Shown piece by piece: positions 1-11,084 of a stretch of DNA of 64,000 nt (positions are counted from its first letter, which is position 1; each line of letters opens with the position of its first letter). The translations under genes and the position numbers were made by a program. The notes under the pieces were generated by a model that searched no databases, had not been told where the DNA came from, and saw nothing but the letters and a program-made list of their open reading frames with translations. The DNA is from Amoeboaphelidium protococcarum X5 (taxonomy: Eukaryota > Fungi > Aphelidiomycota). The stretch spans positions 1,943,608 through 2,007,607 of the forward strand of contig JALDTO010000266.1 in NCBI GenBank assembly GCA_023515725.1, written 5' to 3'.

Positions 1-2
1 CC

Positions 3-1448
3 AATGTTAGAGTGTATGAACAGCGTCCAGATATAAGGAAGGAGAAAATGTCTGCTGGAAAGTCTATTAATCTGGCACTTAGTCATCGTGGATTGAAGTC
101 GCTTGCTCTAGCCGGAGAGGATGTGCTGCGTGAGGTGGAGAAGATTCTGATTCCTATGAAAGGACGTATGCTTCATGTTAATGAACACGATCTGTAAGAG
201 GTGCTATATGGCGTTCACGGCGAGTGTATCAATTCTGTTGATCGTAAAAAGTTGAATTGTATCCTATTGGACGCTTTTGAATAGCTATAGCCGGGAAAAG
301 TGTACTTTAAGCATGAGCTGTAGACTGTTGACTATGATACCAAGAAGCTGACTTTTAAGGATGTTGAAGGTGAAATGGTGGAGATTGGTGCTGATTTGAT
401 TATTGGCGCAGATGGAGCTTACTCTGCCGTGAGACGGGAGATGATGAAGAAGAATCGTATGAACTTCAAGCAAGAGTATATCGATCATGGATACATGGAG
501 TTGAATATCCCTGCCTCAGCGGAGACTGGTTCCTATCAGATGTCTAGTAATCATCTGCACATTTGGCCAAAGAAGACTTTTATGATGATTGCCTTGCCTA
601 ATACTGACAAGTCTTTTACCACGACATTGTTTATGCCATACGCTGATTTCGACTACTTGAGAGCCAGCAAGGATGATCAGTTGATTATTGATTTCTTTAA
701 ACTGAACTTCCCGGATGCTGTGCAATTACTAGGTGGCGAACAGGCAGTCGTTAATGCAATGAGAAATAATGTAGTGGGATCTCTAATCTCCATCAAGTGC
801 CATCCATACAATTATGAGAACTCAGTCATTGTTGGTGATGCCTGTCACGCAATGGTTCCATTCTATGGTTAGGGAATGAATGCTGGCTTTGAGGACGTGT
901 TGGTACTTGATGAGTTTTTACATGGCGAGTCTCTGCCTGCTCAGTACGGAATCTCGCAGCGTCTATCTCTGTACTCTAAGGCGAGACGTGATGATGCTCA
1001 CGCCATTTGCGATTTGGCATTGTACAATTATGAAGAGATGAGAAATGACGTGTTGACACCAGTATATAGAATTAGAAAGACGGTGGAGAGTCTGATGAAT
1101 CGAGTGGCGCCCCAGACTGTCATTCCCCTGTATAGCATGGTGTCTTTCACTTCGATTCCGTACTCTCGTGTGGTGCGTCGCTGGAAGAGATAGAGTCTGA
1201 TTTTCAATGCTGCGGGTGGTGCGTTCATTGGGATATCGCTGGCAGTTGGTCTGGTGGCTTTCAGAAGATTATTTGTGGGCTCCAACTCTGCTGCAAGTCA
1301 AGTAGTTCGCAAGATTCAAGATGGAAGTGCAGTGGGTTAAATCTCTTTAGCTCCTGTGCAAGATTCCATATTCAACTTGTACTTCAAGGTGGAAGACATG
1401 AGCAAGAATGCCTTTGAAAATGTCAAAAGTCTATTTCGCTTCCAATGA
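3..1448 (+). CDS. KMO: Kynurenine 3-monooxygenase (5' end outside window)
   Basis: One frame under table 6. Motifs [47 protein letters not shown][TAG=Q]GMNAGFED, plus a C-terminal TM anchor. TGA at 1446-1448. Confidence 0.96.
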
Positions 1449-1568
1449 AATAGATATTAAACTTTAGGAGACACTTTGACCATTAATGATAATAGTAGCA
1501 AGAAATTTTAATATCGGGTTAGAATATAAAATTTCTCAATTGCATTTCACTAAAGGATCACATATAAA

Positions 1569-1838
1569 TCACTCATCGTCCTCGTCATCGTCCAATGGAC
1601 CAACCAAGTCTTCGTACGATCCTTGTGCAGGAAATTCAGCAAAAGCCTCAGCCAGAGACTCCTTCTTCAACTTGCGCTCCTCCTCAATCAGGGACATGAC
1701 AAAGTTTCTACGCTGCACCTTTGGGATCACATATCCATGCCAGAACCACTCTGATAGTGCAAATCCAACGATAGAGCTGACCACAATGTGCTATAATAAT
1801 GACTTTCTCAATGGATGATAAATTCTTGGTGCCACCAT
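1569..1838 (-). CDS. COX9: Cytochrome c oxidase subunit Cox9/COX6C-like, 89 aa
   Basis: MVAPRIYHPLRKSLLQHIVVSSIVGFALSEWFWHGYVIPKVQRR: single TM with a W-x-W-x-G pattern resembling fungal Cox9. One internal TAG. Confidence 0.7.
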
Positions 1839-2549
1839 ATTTTACTTAATATGCAGCCGACTAACAAAGCTAGCTTGATTAATAATAAGATTAGATAGAA
1901 GAGTTCAATGAACGCTGAATTAATTCACTAAATTCTGACGTTGCGCCTGCTCAAAATAAAAGTTAAAAGAGCGTCGTGGGGCGAAGGAAAAATTTTGATC
2001 CACAAATTTCGGATTCAAAGCGAGAACGGGTGGGCTATGGAGAGACTGACTATACTGTACAGATTGGTTAAATGTTAGATGAATTTGCAGTCAAAGGGTG
2101 CGTTTCCATCTCTTCGCAGCCTTGTGATGGTAAAGTGTTGACAAACACTGCTCAATTGCATATGCCACTTTAAGGCTAAGCACCACATGGCACATCACTA
2201 AGTGTCGGACCTCTGATCACTCGATATGCATCTCAGCGTAATTATCCATAATGCTCCAGAGGCCTTGTCCGACTTCCTTTATGCTGTATGCCTACAATGT
2301 TCGTAATACCAGATATTGGGATAATAGAGCACTCACGACCGGTACGTTCTATGTATATAGATGATCCCTGTTCTTACTAACGATAAGTTGACTATATCAG
2401 CATAATTTTGAGGCTGTTACAATGAATAGCACTAGCAGCCTTGGTGCAACTTTAAAGCAAGCAAGCAAACTAATAGTCGTTACAAATCTTATAGCGTAGT
2501 ACATAGTGAATATATACTGCAATGATTTCCATTTTCATCCAAGAACCGA

Positions 2550-2631
2550 GTCGACATACCAAAGCGGTTAATGGGTTCGATTAGAAATCGCATGCCCTCC
2601 GGGCGCGCAGGTTCAAATCCTGCTGTCGACG
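2550..2631 (+). tRNA. tRNA-Ser(AGA)
   Basis: Acceptor stem GTCGACA/TGTCGAC with discriminator G, anticodon loop TTAGAAA (AGA at 2583-2585), long variable arm GCCC-TCC-GGGC, T-arm GCAGG-TTCAAAT-CCTGC, followed by a T-run. Confidence 0.95.
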
Positions 2632-2635
2632 TTCC

Positions 2636-2650
2636 TTTTTTGACTTTTTT
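2636..2650 (+). terminator. RNA Pol III oligo-T terminator of tRNA-Ser
   Basis: TTTTTT-GAC-TTTTTT a few nt 3' of the tRNA. Confidence 0.75.
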
Positions 2651-4180
2651 AATTCAATGCAAGAATGAGCAGTAATTGAATTGTAAGTTCAATATTAGGC
2701 GTTGTGTGGTAATTCTGTGTTATTGTCTCAAGCGCGTTCCATCATGTACCGATTATACAAATGCCAAATATTTCCATTTTTTGGGCATTCTACATAATGG
2801 ATAGAGTCACTCGGGGACTCTAAAATGGCTGTTATAAATTGACCATAATATTCATTTAAATATTAGTCTTGCTATTACCATTCGGCCGGCCTTATTACAG
2901 TGGATGCACGTTGACGTTCCATGTCCTGTAAATCTCTATCGTCTGTTATTGTACTTCCATGACTGTTAGACCATAGAGGGAAAATAAAATTGGTATCAAC
3001 TGCAGGAGTCACAGTGTTAGAGAAGTTGGACTTGGCGTTTTACAATTGGTTTATATAAAAAAAGCGCTGTCAACAAACTTTTATATCCATATCTGAGTTA
3101 TTTCTCTCGTTGTGATCTAGGGCAGCTAAGATTATGAAGAGGTTCTGTTTGTTCGTACCTGCATCTTAGAGTGGAGAAATTCCTAGTCTCAAGTGCCGAT
3201 GATGTGGTACATTCCGCCTTTTACACTAGGCAAATACTCACTAATATTGGCAGCACCCAGAATACGAGAAGTTGAGATCAAGAATGGATTTCGTTTACTC
3301 ATCGTGAAATGCAATATTACTGGCTGCGCTTTAATGCAATATCGATATCAAGTAGATGCTGTTAGTTGGTCTGGACGCACAGTATTTGGCCGTTATGATA
3401 GATGATATATACAGCGAAAACACCAGCTAATTCTTCATCTGCTGACCCGTTGGATGTCCTGTTGTTGCGGTGTATCATAGAGAACACTGCCTGTACAATG
3501 GCATTTAAAGCAACAAATTGATGAGTGACTGATTAGTAATAAGCTTTACACAATAAATACTTTTTACTATAAGTATTATAGTGGTTTTACTTCTCTGAAG
3601 CATCGAAGTTGCAGGCAGGGTAGCAGCGCAGGGCAGGTAAGTTAGCAATTGTTTTAGGCTTCATAGCAGAGCATCCATCGGTGGCTCGATCCTGCAGCAT
3701 AAGCAGGCTCTCGTAGTTCCGAATCAGCTTACAGAAATACTTGGATCCATTCCAATGCTTTTAATAAGTGGATATCGATCTTCTTGAAAACGGCCTGCTG
3801 CCCACAACGGCGTAGAATCGACATTCTACTTCAGCTTGTATCTCGCCAAGGCATCGCGGATAAAAGAATTGGCCGCATCCATGTAAACCCTTCCAGACGA
3901 TACTAGCGGATGCTTGTTTTCTACTTCTTTACAGAGTCCCTCTTGTTTCTGACACATCTCTTGCGTTCAGCAGCGTAAGCTGTATTTCCAGCCTAATAGA
4001 CGGTTCTCACTGTATGTTTCATCTACATCATCTTCCTCATCGGTAGATACTGACCCTTCATAGTCTTCCTCTTCTGCAAACATATCAGAATCTAAGCTCT
4101 AGACTCCATCGGAGTAAATGGCATCCATTATACTGCTGAGAGTAACAGTTTTATAAGGTTGAAACGCAAGCGAACAACGC

Positions 4181-4260
4181 ACGTGCTTTGGTGGTTGGAA
4201 TTGGTTGAGCTGGTTGAAGTCACTGTTTCTGACGGGCACATAGGTGATTCCCCAACCAGA
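4181..4260 (-). ncRNA. Candidate Fanzor omegaRNA (fRNA) scaffold
   Basis: Lies about 45 nt after the Fanzor TGA. Stem CUGGUUGGGG(AA)UCAC / GUGA-CUUCAACCAG, whose G-U pairs form only on the Fanzor-sense strand. Loop AUGUGC (4236-4241) can pair with GCACGU (4181-4186) as a pseudoknot. Confidence 0.45.
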
Positions 4261-4303
4261 ATTATTTTTAAAAATATTATATAGCTAAAGCATTATATTT
4301 TAA

Positions 4304-6380
4304 TCAATCTGCACATCTTGCCAGCTAAATTCTATGACCATATTCTCCAGCGAAAGGTATAAATTTTGTCGGCATATTCATTGGCGGTACCAGTCCTCCG
4401 CTTCTCTGCAATTATTCGCTCAGACTGTAAATATTGGCACCGCCCAAAAGGTCTGCGTGGTATTACTTGCCACAGCGGGGACAGTCTGATGAGTCCTTCT
4501 TGCGGCGTATGAAACTTGCATCGCCATGGCGAGCGCACTCGTAGCACAGTCTGCTGGTCATGAGCTCGGGCACTATAAACACCATGGCATACTCATTTAA
4601 AATCTAGACCAGTCTTTACAATGCAAATTGTCCATTTAAGGACCGAGTGCCATGCACAAAGACGCCGTAATGGACAGCATACTAATCGCGAGCGGAAGCG
4701 TGGAGCACTTACACGCCAAGTACCTTCTTTACAACATCCAAATATGCACGACGCCGAGCAAAAGTCCTCTGCAATCTCAGCTCTAAGACATGCTCTTGAG
4801 AGTAGTACAAAAGTTCATCATCAAATAGGCGGTACCGTTCTTGAAGCATCATTTGAAAACGGTTGAAATCATATGACTTCAAGCCAGCCCCGAACAGCTA
4901 AGCCTACTGAGTATGTTCTGCGATTTTGAGCCCCAATTCTTCAGTTATTCCAAGCTCATTAAATCTTCGTTTGGATAGGACATGTTTCTCAGCAGAGTCA
5001 AAGTCAAAAGCGTCCTAATATTGATTCTAATGGAAATCTGCTGGCCAGAAAATTGACACGTAATTATTAAGGCCCGGATCCACAGCTACCTTCTTTTTAC
5101 CCTCCAGTGAGATATTAGGAAAATCGTACCATATTTGCTGGCAGGAATATCGCCTTTGATCCTATGCTTACCCATCTGCAGCATCAGCATCATCTTCTGC
5201 TTCATCCGCTTCCTCATTATGCAAGTCATCTTCATCCTCATCAACATAAATATTCTGCAACTACAACTCTAGCCTTCGACGATCGGCATCGCGCAGTTCA
5301 TGCCCAGGATTCAGAACCACGCGTCGACACTAAACTACCATAGGAGCAAGTAAAGAGCCTGGTGACCACACTCAAAGACGAATTATTCAGTGTAAAAATC
5401 AGTGAGAATTCCATGCAGCTATCTATATTGCTGATGAGGTATCTGAAACAAATCCTCAAAGGACTTCCCATGATATAATACTTGCAATCCACTTGAGTAC
5501 AGTTTAAAGAAACATACGGACTTACTCGGTATTGGTAATAGTGAGCAAAATTTCAACTCCTTCCGTTCCAAGTACTAATTACAGCGAAAGAACAACGGCA
5601 GATAGACGTACCATAATTTATCGTATGCTTTCATCCTTCTGACCACATTGTAAACAGCATTGAAATCATCATGAAGACGCAATTATTCTCTGATGCGGCG
5701 CACGTCATCGAAATAGGGGCTTATAAACTCACGATACGAATGCATATCACCATCAAGTACATTTTTATGTCTTTTTAGGCACGCCAAAAGATCCGGCGAT
5801 AGATCATAACCATCCTCTTGATCTTCATTAACTATATCTAGGCCAAGACTGATTTGTGAAATCAAATATGTTGACAGCTTTTTAACAGAATATCTGTCCA
5901 AGACAGAAGCATCCGAGTGGAGGCAGGTTACTGCGACGCGTTTCAGAACGGTCATCAAAATCAAATTAGAGGACAGATGATTCATGGCAGCAATTTCAAA
6001 ATTTTGCCAGACCTGCGAGTAAAGATATTAAAAATCTTCTCCACTTCTAGAGTATATCTTGTCAGCGACTCCCACAATTTCTTCATGAATATCCATAAAT
6101 CTGGACGAGATTGGAGATCTATTACGGCGCCGAAACCCTTGCGCAAATTCCTTGAAAAACACATCATCAAATGAATATCCAGCTGAGGATACTACTTATC
6201 AACGGCCCATTCCGTATAGCCGTGCGAAAAGTCCATCGCATAGTGATATATCATGGTGCTTTCAAGGAATCTCAAGTAGTGATTATTTAAGATTGTCTGC
6301 TTCAGCAAATCGAGCTCTTGATCCGTGCCTGCAAATAGATTGTCCAAATGATTTTTAGCAGTGATAGCACGGTATTCCAT
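4304..6380 (-). pseudogene. Fanzor (TnpB-derived RNA-guided endonuclease, Fanzor1-like), ~690 aa, two frameshifts
   Basis: Table-6 translation: RuvC-I KKVAVDPGLNN (D at 5078-5080), VFIVPELMTSRLCYEC (E at 4565-4567), CPRCGKQYHADLLGGANI (D at 4451-4453). Upstream KFCSLLPIPS and GILTDFY motifs. Frame switches between 5984-6199 and between 5313-5371. TGA at 4304-4306. Confidence 0.85.
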
Positions 6381-6858
6381 ATTGATATCGGAGAATTTTA
6401 TCGATAGATTTGGTGAAAACGCGGAAAGGGGGAGCCGTCAATTCTCATTCCAAATGTTCATCCCAATCTATCGATACGCTTGTTCATTGTCGTTGAAGAA
6501 CAGAGATAATTGGTTCTCATCTTGATAAGGACCTTAATTTTATTAGAAGACTATATGACAAGTAGAACGAAGAAGTTAACTTGATCTTCATTGTTAATAT
6601 TTTCTTTGCGCTCATTGCGTTTCGTTCTTCAAAGCTACAGGGCACAGATGTACCATTGATTGTGTTTCAAGATTGATCTGATGGCCAGGCTCTTTACGGG
6701 AAATGTTCCAATAGAAAAATGGATTTATTCCAATTATAATATGAGTTTATTGCTCCTGACCCCGGTACAATATACGGTGATAATTAAAAGTTTTAAGTAA
6801 TAAGTTGCCACAAAATTTTAGCATGAAAAGCTAATATCATTTATCAATTTTCACATAT

Positions 6859-7158
6859 TCATACATTGCTATTCAACAACGCCCGTTTTATTGCATTACT
6901 CAATAGTTGATATAGTGAATCGCATATCAATTACTGCTTCTTGGTCTTTAGTTAATTGTATACATTCTCAATCGTAGAATCATCGAAAGGTTAGCGCCTT
7001 ACCCGCTGGAACAACACATCTATTAAATCTTAATCGATATCATCTATGCCTATTATAGCAAGGCAATTTCTGATTTGAAGGCGCGTAGTCACGGTTCTTC
7101 TTGTTCTTCTTTGTTACAAAGTAGGCCTTGATATAATTCTCTGGCTTCGTCTTGTCAT
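6859..7158 (-). CDS. Hypothetical 99-aa ORF upstream of, and co-oriented with, the Fanzor
   Basis: ATG to TGA open under table 6 (MTRRSQRIISRPTLQQRRTRR...LIDVLFQRVRRQPF). No recognised domain. Confidence 0.25.
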
Positions 7159-7344
7159 CACGTCTATTGCGTAATATTGAAGGAAATTACATATTAGCGC
7201 TAGTATGCACTTATTGGTGACTTGTTAATACGGTGATGCGATGACTTGTCAATGTGATGATACGATGATCTGCGGTCGAACCTAATATTGACTTCTTTAC
7301 AACAAAATTAACACCTTGGCACTGAGCTGCATACCAATTTGGAA

Positions 7345-7859
7345 ATGAAGCTTAACCCACACTACTCGGTATATATTTTACAGATTGTATACACTAGCAT
7401 ATATATTCACTTATACATTATGTGTAGGAATTGGAAGTATTTGTTTCTATTATGGACTGTACCAACGTATGCGATTGCAGCTAAAGTGGTATCCAGTATG
7501 CTCAATGGATTGCCAGTGACAATGTTTAATGTTTTAGGTGCGGTTGCAACTTGTTTTCGGTTGATTTAGAAGCAAGTGTTTAACCTGTCCAGGTCCACCT
7601 TTAGTACATTCTCTCGGTGGATACGGTTAACGGCTACTTTGATGTCAATTTTGAATGTTGTTGCGGTTTAGCAGTGTTCGCGATAAACTGTTGGCGAGCA
7701 TTTCCGTGTCCTTACTGCTACACGGTTGACGCGAATTATCAGAATATGATCACACTAGACTGTGAGAATCTATGTGTGGCTTAGCATAGAGTCTGGGAAA
7801 TGTGGCACACTCGAGAGCCTAGAACGTATACAATGGTGAAATGGCCAGCCATGGATTGA
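7345..7859 (+). CDS. Hypothetical Cys-rich protein (~151 aa), predicted intron 7369-7427; possibly part of a larger decayed gene running to ~8300
   Basis: A 59-nt GTATAT...TGTGTAG intron matching this genome's acceptor consensus joins MKLNPHYS to an open Cys-rich frame (CTNVCDC, CFRCGC, CPYC). Confidence 0.3.
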
Positions 7860-8688
7860 ACAGTGATCTTGTATTCTATGAAATTTTGAAACATTATTCA
7901 TCAAACTCTACTACTATTTTGTTACGAATGATGGTCTACAATTCCTGTGGAAGAAGAATCAGCAATGCAGTAACTATGGCGCATTAGGAACCAAGGCGGC
8001 TGATCCTAATGCACAATGTCATACTGCAGTTCAGATTCAGCAGATCTCTGTTAATGTTTAGCAGAAACAGACTCAATCAAACTGGCTGCCACTGTTTCCA
8101 GGTGTTTATCTTATGCTATGGCAGGAGATTGTCAAGAACGACAAGAGTGTATAGGCAATGCAACCGGTGCTTGTGCAAGATGTATTTTCTATCGGCGCAA
8201 GTAACATGTGCTGCAATGCGATGAGCAATTCAAACTGCGCCCAAGCTAATGCTAATGATTATTTCGCGCTTAATGGCTCAAGTATAATCACACTATGAGA
8301 GGGTAGTACAGCGCCACGTTGTTTCGCTTGAATCCTTCGTATGATGTTATAAGTGTAACATAACAAACAATATTCCGTTGGTTGTATCTAATGCTATTGG
8401 TTCCATCTACAGCATAATCTTTGTCGCTTGTAGCACTCTGGTGTTGATGTATGTTCGCTTTTTCAACATTGTTACTTAGTAGTAAGTGAGCCATTAATAA
8501 GCTCAAAAGACAGCTAGCTTATGATGATTGACGTAATAAGTTTAATAGTTGAAATCTGTAGTTATACTCTAATCACATCATCATAACATTCCCTTGAGGT
8601 TTTCCAGCGCGCGTGTCATCTTTCCGTAGCCAAACTTCTCCGTCTTCTTCACACAACATTTCAAGGTACCACAGCAAATAAATAAATT

Positions 8689-9666
8689 ATGAGACGCGAC
8701 GACTTTAGGCCGCCTGGTGGAGCTTCTGGACGTCCACCTCTACGTCCATATATGGAGGATATGCCACCGCCTGAAGAATTCCAACCAGAGTTTGTGCCTT
8801 ATGATCAGTAGGACATGCCGCTACCACCTCCTGGTGCTGAATTTGAATATGGTGGATATGACGAGTAGATGCCGCCGCCTCCGCCTGGACCTGGTGGCCC
8901 TCCTGAAGATCCTTACTTTGCTCCATATGGACCACCTCCACCTATGGGTGGTGCTCCTTTTGATGAGCCGTACCGTCCTCCATACCGTCCTCGTCACTAA
9001 GGATTTCGCGGGCGTCCGCATTATCGCCCTTATGGAGGTGGTGGTGGCCCTGACTATTATGGACGTCCTCCTCCCCCTGGTCCTTATTATGGCCGTCATA
9101 GAGATTATGCGCCTCAATAGTTTGATCCTTATGGTCCTCCCCCACCGCATTCTCATCATCCTTACAGTAGAGGCTACGGCTATGGGCCACCAGTCAGGAG
9201 GCGCCCTCCTCCGCGATACCGAGAGCCAAATCCAGAAGAGGAAGAGCTGAAGAAGCAGTCGACAACACTATGGATTGGAAATCTACCGTATGATTATCTC
9301 GAACCTCAGCTAGTGGACATGTTCGAGAAGTATGGTAACATTGTGAAGATCACCGTGCCGATCGACAGATTTACATAGAAGAACAAGGGATTTGGTTTTG
9401 TTCAGTTTGAGCGCAGAAGTGACGCTGAGAAGGCTTTAGATGGAGTTAAAGAGCAGGAGGTGGAAGGTAGACGCGTCAGAGTGGACTGGGACATTGGAAT
9501 GGAGAAAAAGGGGATCACGGATGTGGACAAGAGGCCAGCTGGTGTGGTGGACACTCCTAATGAAGGCGTGGAAGATGGCGCTAATACCTAATAACGTGAT
9601 AGAAGCAGAAGTCCTCAGGCTAGAGATGGAAATGAAGTAGGAGGATATAGAGCGGAAAGATATTGA
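8689..9666 (+). CDS. RRM RNA-binding protein with Pro/Gly/Tyr/Arg-rich low-complexity N-terminus, 325 aa
   Basis: RNP2 LWIGNL, RNP1 KGFGFVQF, GRRVRVDWD. Continuous frame ending in TGA. Confidence 0.9.
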
Positions 9667-10055
9667 ATATATTTATAGCTTTCATGTACTGTAATGTGGA
9701 AGTTGAAGTGGGGAGTAAGCAGTGTTGAGATTGTAATAACCATTTGTGCGGACATTGATCGGGGAATAAAAATTTACATAACATCATTATTTTTGGACAT
9801 TTGGAATTTACATTTGATTTGACTCGGCAATTTTTATATCGAACAGGATAGATATTTTGATACATAGAGAGGACATTTCTGTTCATGTGCGTAGATGATC
9901 GATGCGCAGATATAAGTACCTCACCACCTGTTGTTAACTGAAGGTATGACTACAAAATGAAATAAACATACACTGAACAACACTATATTCATGAATTTTA
10001 TTTCCTATTTTCAAATTCTTCCATCAGTAAACATCAACAATAGCTTTCAGTACAA

Positions 10056-11084
10056 TCAAACCATGGAGTCAGTACTGATGATCATTGAACCATTGTTGAC
10101 TAAAGGCGCGTTAGTGTCAGCACCGAATGAAGCCATGCTAGTGTTACTACCAGGTGCATTCTGAGCCACGCGTTGATTCAGAGCACTCTCACCCATTGAA
10201 CTTATACCAGCATTCTATTGCGTAGTTCCCTGAAGTAGAGGCTTTGAAGTCGCAGCTGGTTTGTGCTAACCACGCGCTCTCTTTGCCAACAACTCTGCAC
10301 CATTAAGTCTCCATTTCATGCGAACTAGAGTGCCAACTATACCAGAGAGAGCACAGTACAGAAAAACATACAAAATAGCCACCTCAAGACCAGGATAGAA
10401 TAAAGTTGTACAGATACCAAGCGCACTGGCTACTAGAGAGCACCACGCACAAATGATACCATGATTGGCGATGATAGAGTACAGAGCACTTGTTGGAGTT
10501 TCAACCACAGACTTGAGCTCTTTAATATAGCGATTCAAGAATACCAATTGCATAACATCCAAAGTAATCAGCTGCAGCACAGCGACAGCTAATATAAAGG
10601 TGGATGCACGAGTGGCGACTTTTATGAAATCAGCGTTCTAGCTTCTATCTATCAAAGACACGAAACTAATGTTGATAATGGCGAACGTGACGAAGGAGAT
10701 GGAGCATCCGATAATCAAATAGCGATACCATTTGAAAGACAAGTACGCCTCCAGAATAGGTGCACTTCTCAAATACAGCAGATTGATGTAGCAAATGATG
10801 AGCAAAGCCAAAAGTGCCTACGCAGTCGGACCATAATACTGATTCGGTCCCAGCCACAGGCCATCATAATAAGGGAAAGCTATAGCCAGCGCACCAAAGA
10901 TACAGAAGCCAAATAGACCAGCATGAAGACCAATCATGAGATAATCAAACGTATTCTGAGCCGGAGCCTTTCCATTAACGCGTTATTGATACAGGTAGCT
11001 GATAAGAGAGACGGAAGCACCCAAGCTGAACAGCGCGCCAAAACCAATGATCCAATACTAGGGAGTGAACGTATAATTTGACAT
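10056..11084 (-). CDS. Seven-transmembrane (GPCR-like topology) protein, 342 aa
   Basis: Continuous table-6 ORF with about 7 hydrophobic segments and a polar C-terminal tail. Confidence 0.75.

Noticed and set aside
2581-2590. tRNA at 2550 as a suppressor tRNA-Gln(UUA) explaining the code
   Set aside because: The 7-nt loop TTAGAAA centres on AGA, and the long variable arm with G discriminator indicates Ser.
5350-6698. 13-bp inverted match GTAAAGAGCCTGG (~5350) / CCAGGCTCTTTAC (~6686) as Fanzor TIRs
   Set aside because: One arm is inside the coding region, so the pair does not bracket the element. A 13-bp match is expected by chance at this scale.
8705-9250. Several overlapping ORFs in the supplied track (8705-8941, 8717-9250, 8821-9159, 8942-9190)
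   Set aside because: Shadow frames of the low-complexity N-terminus of the RRM gene.
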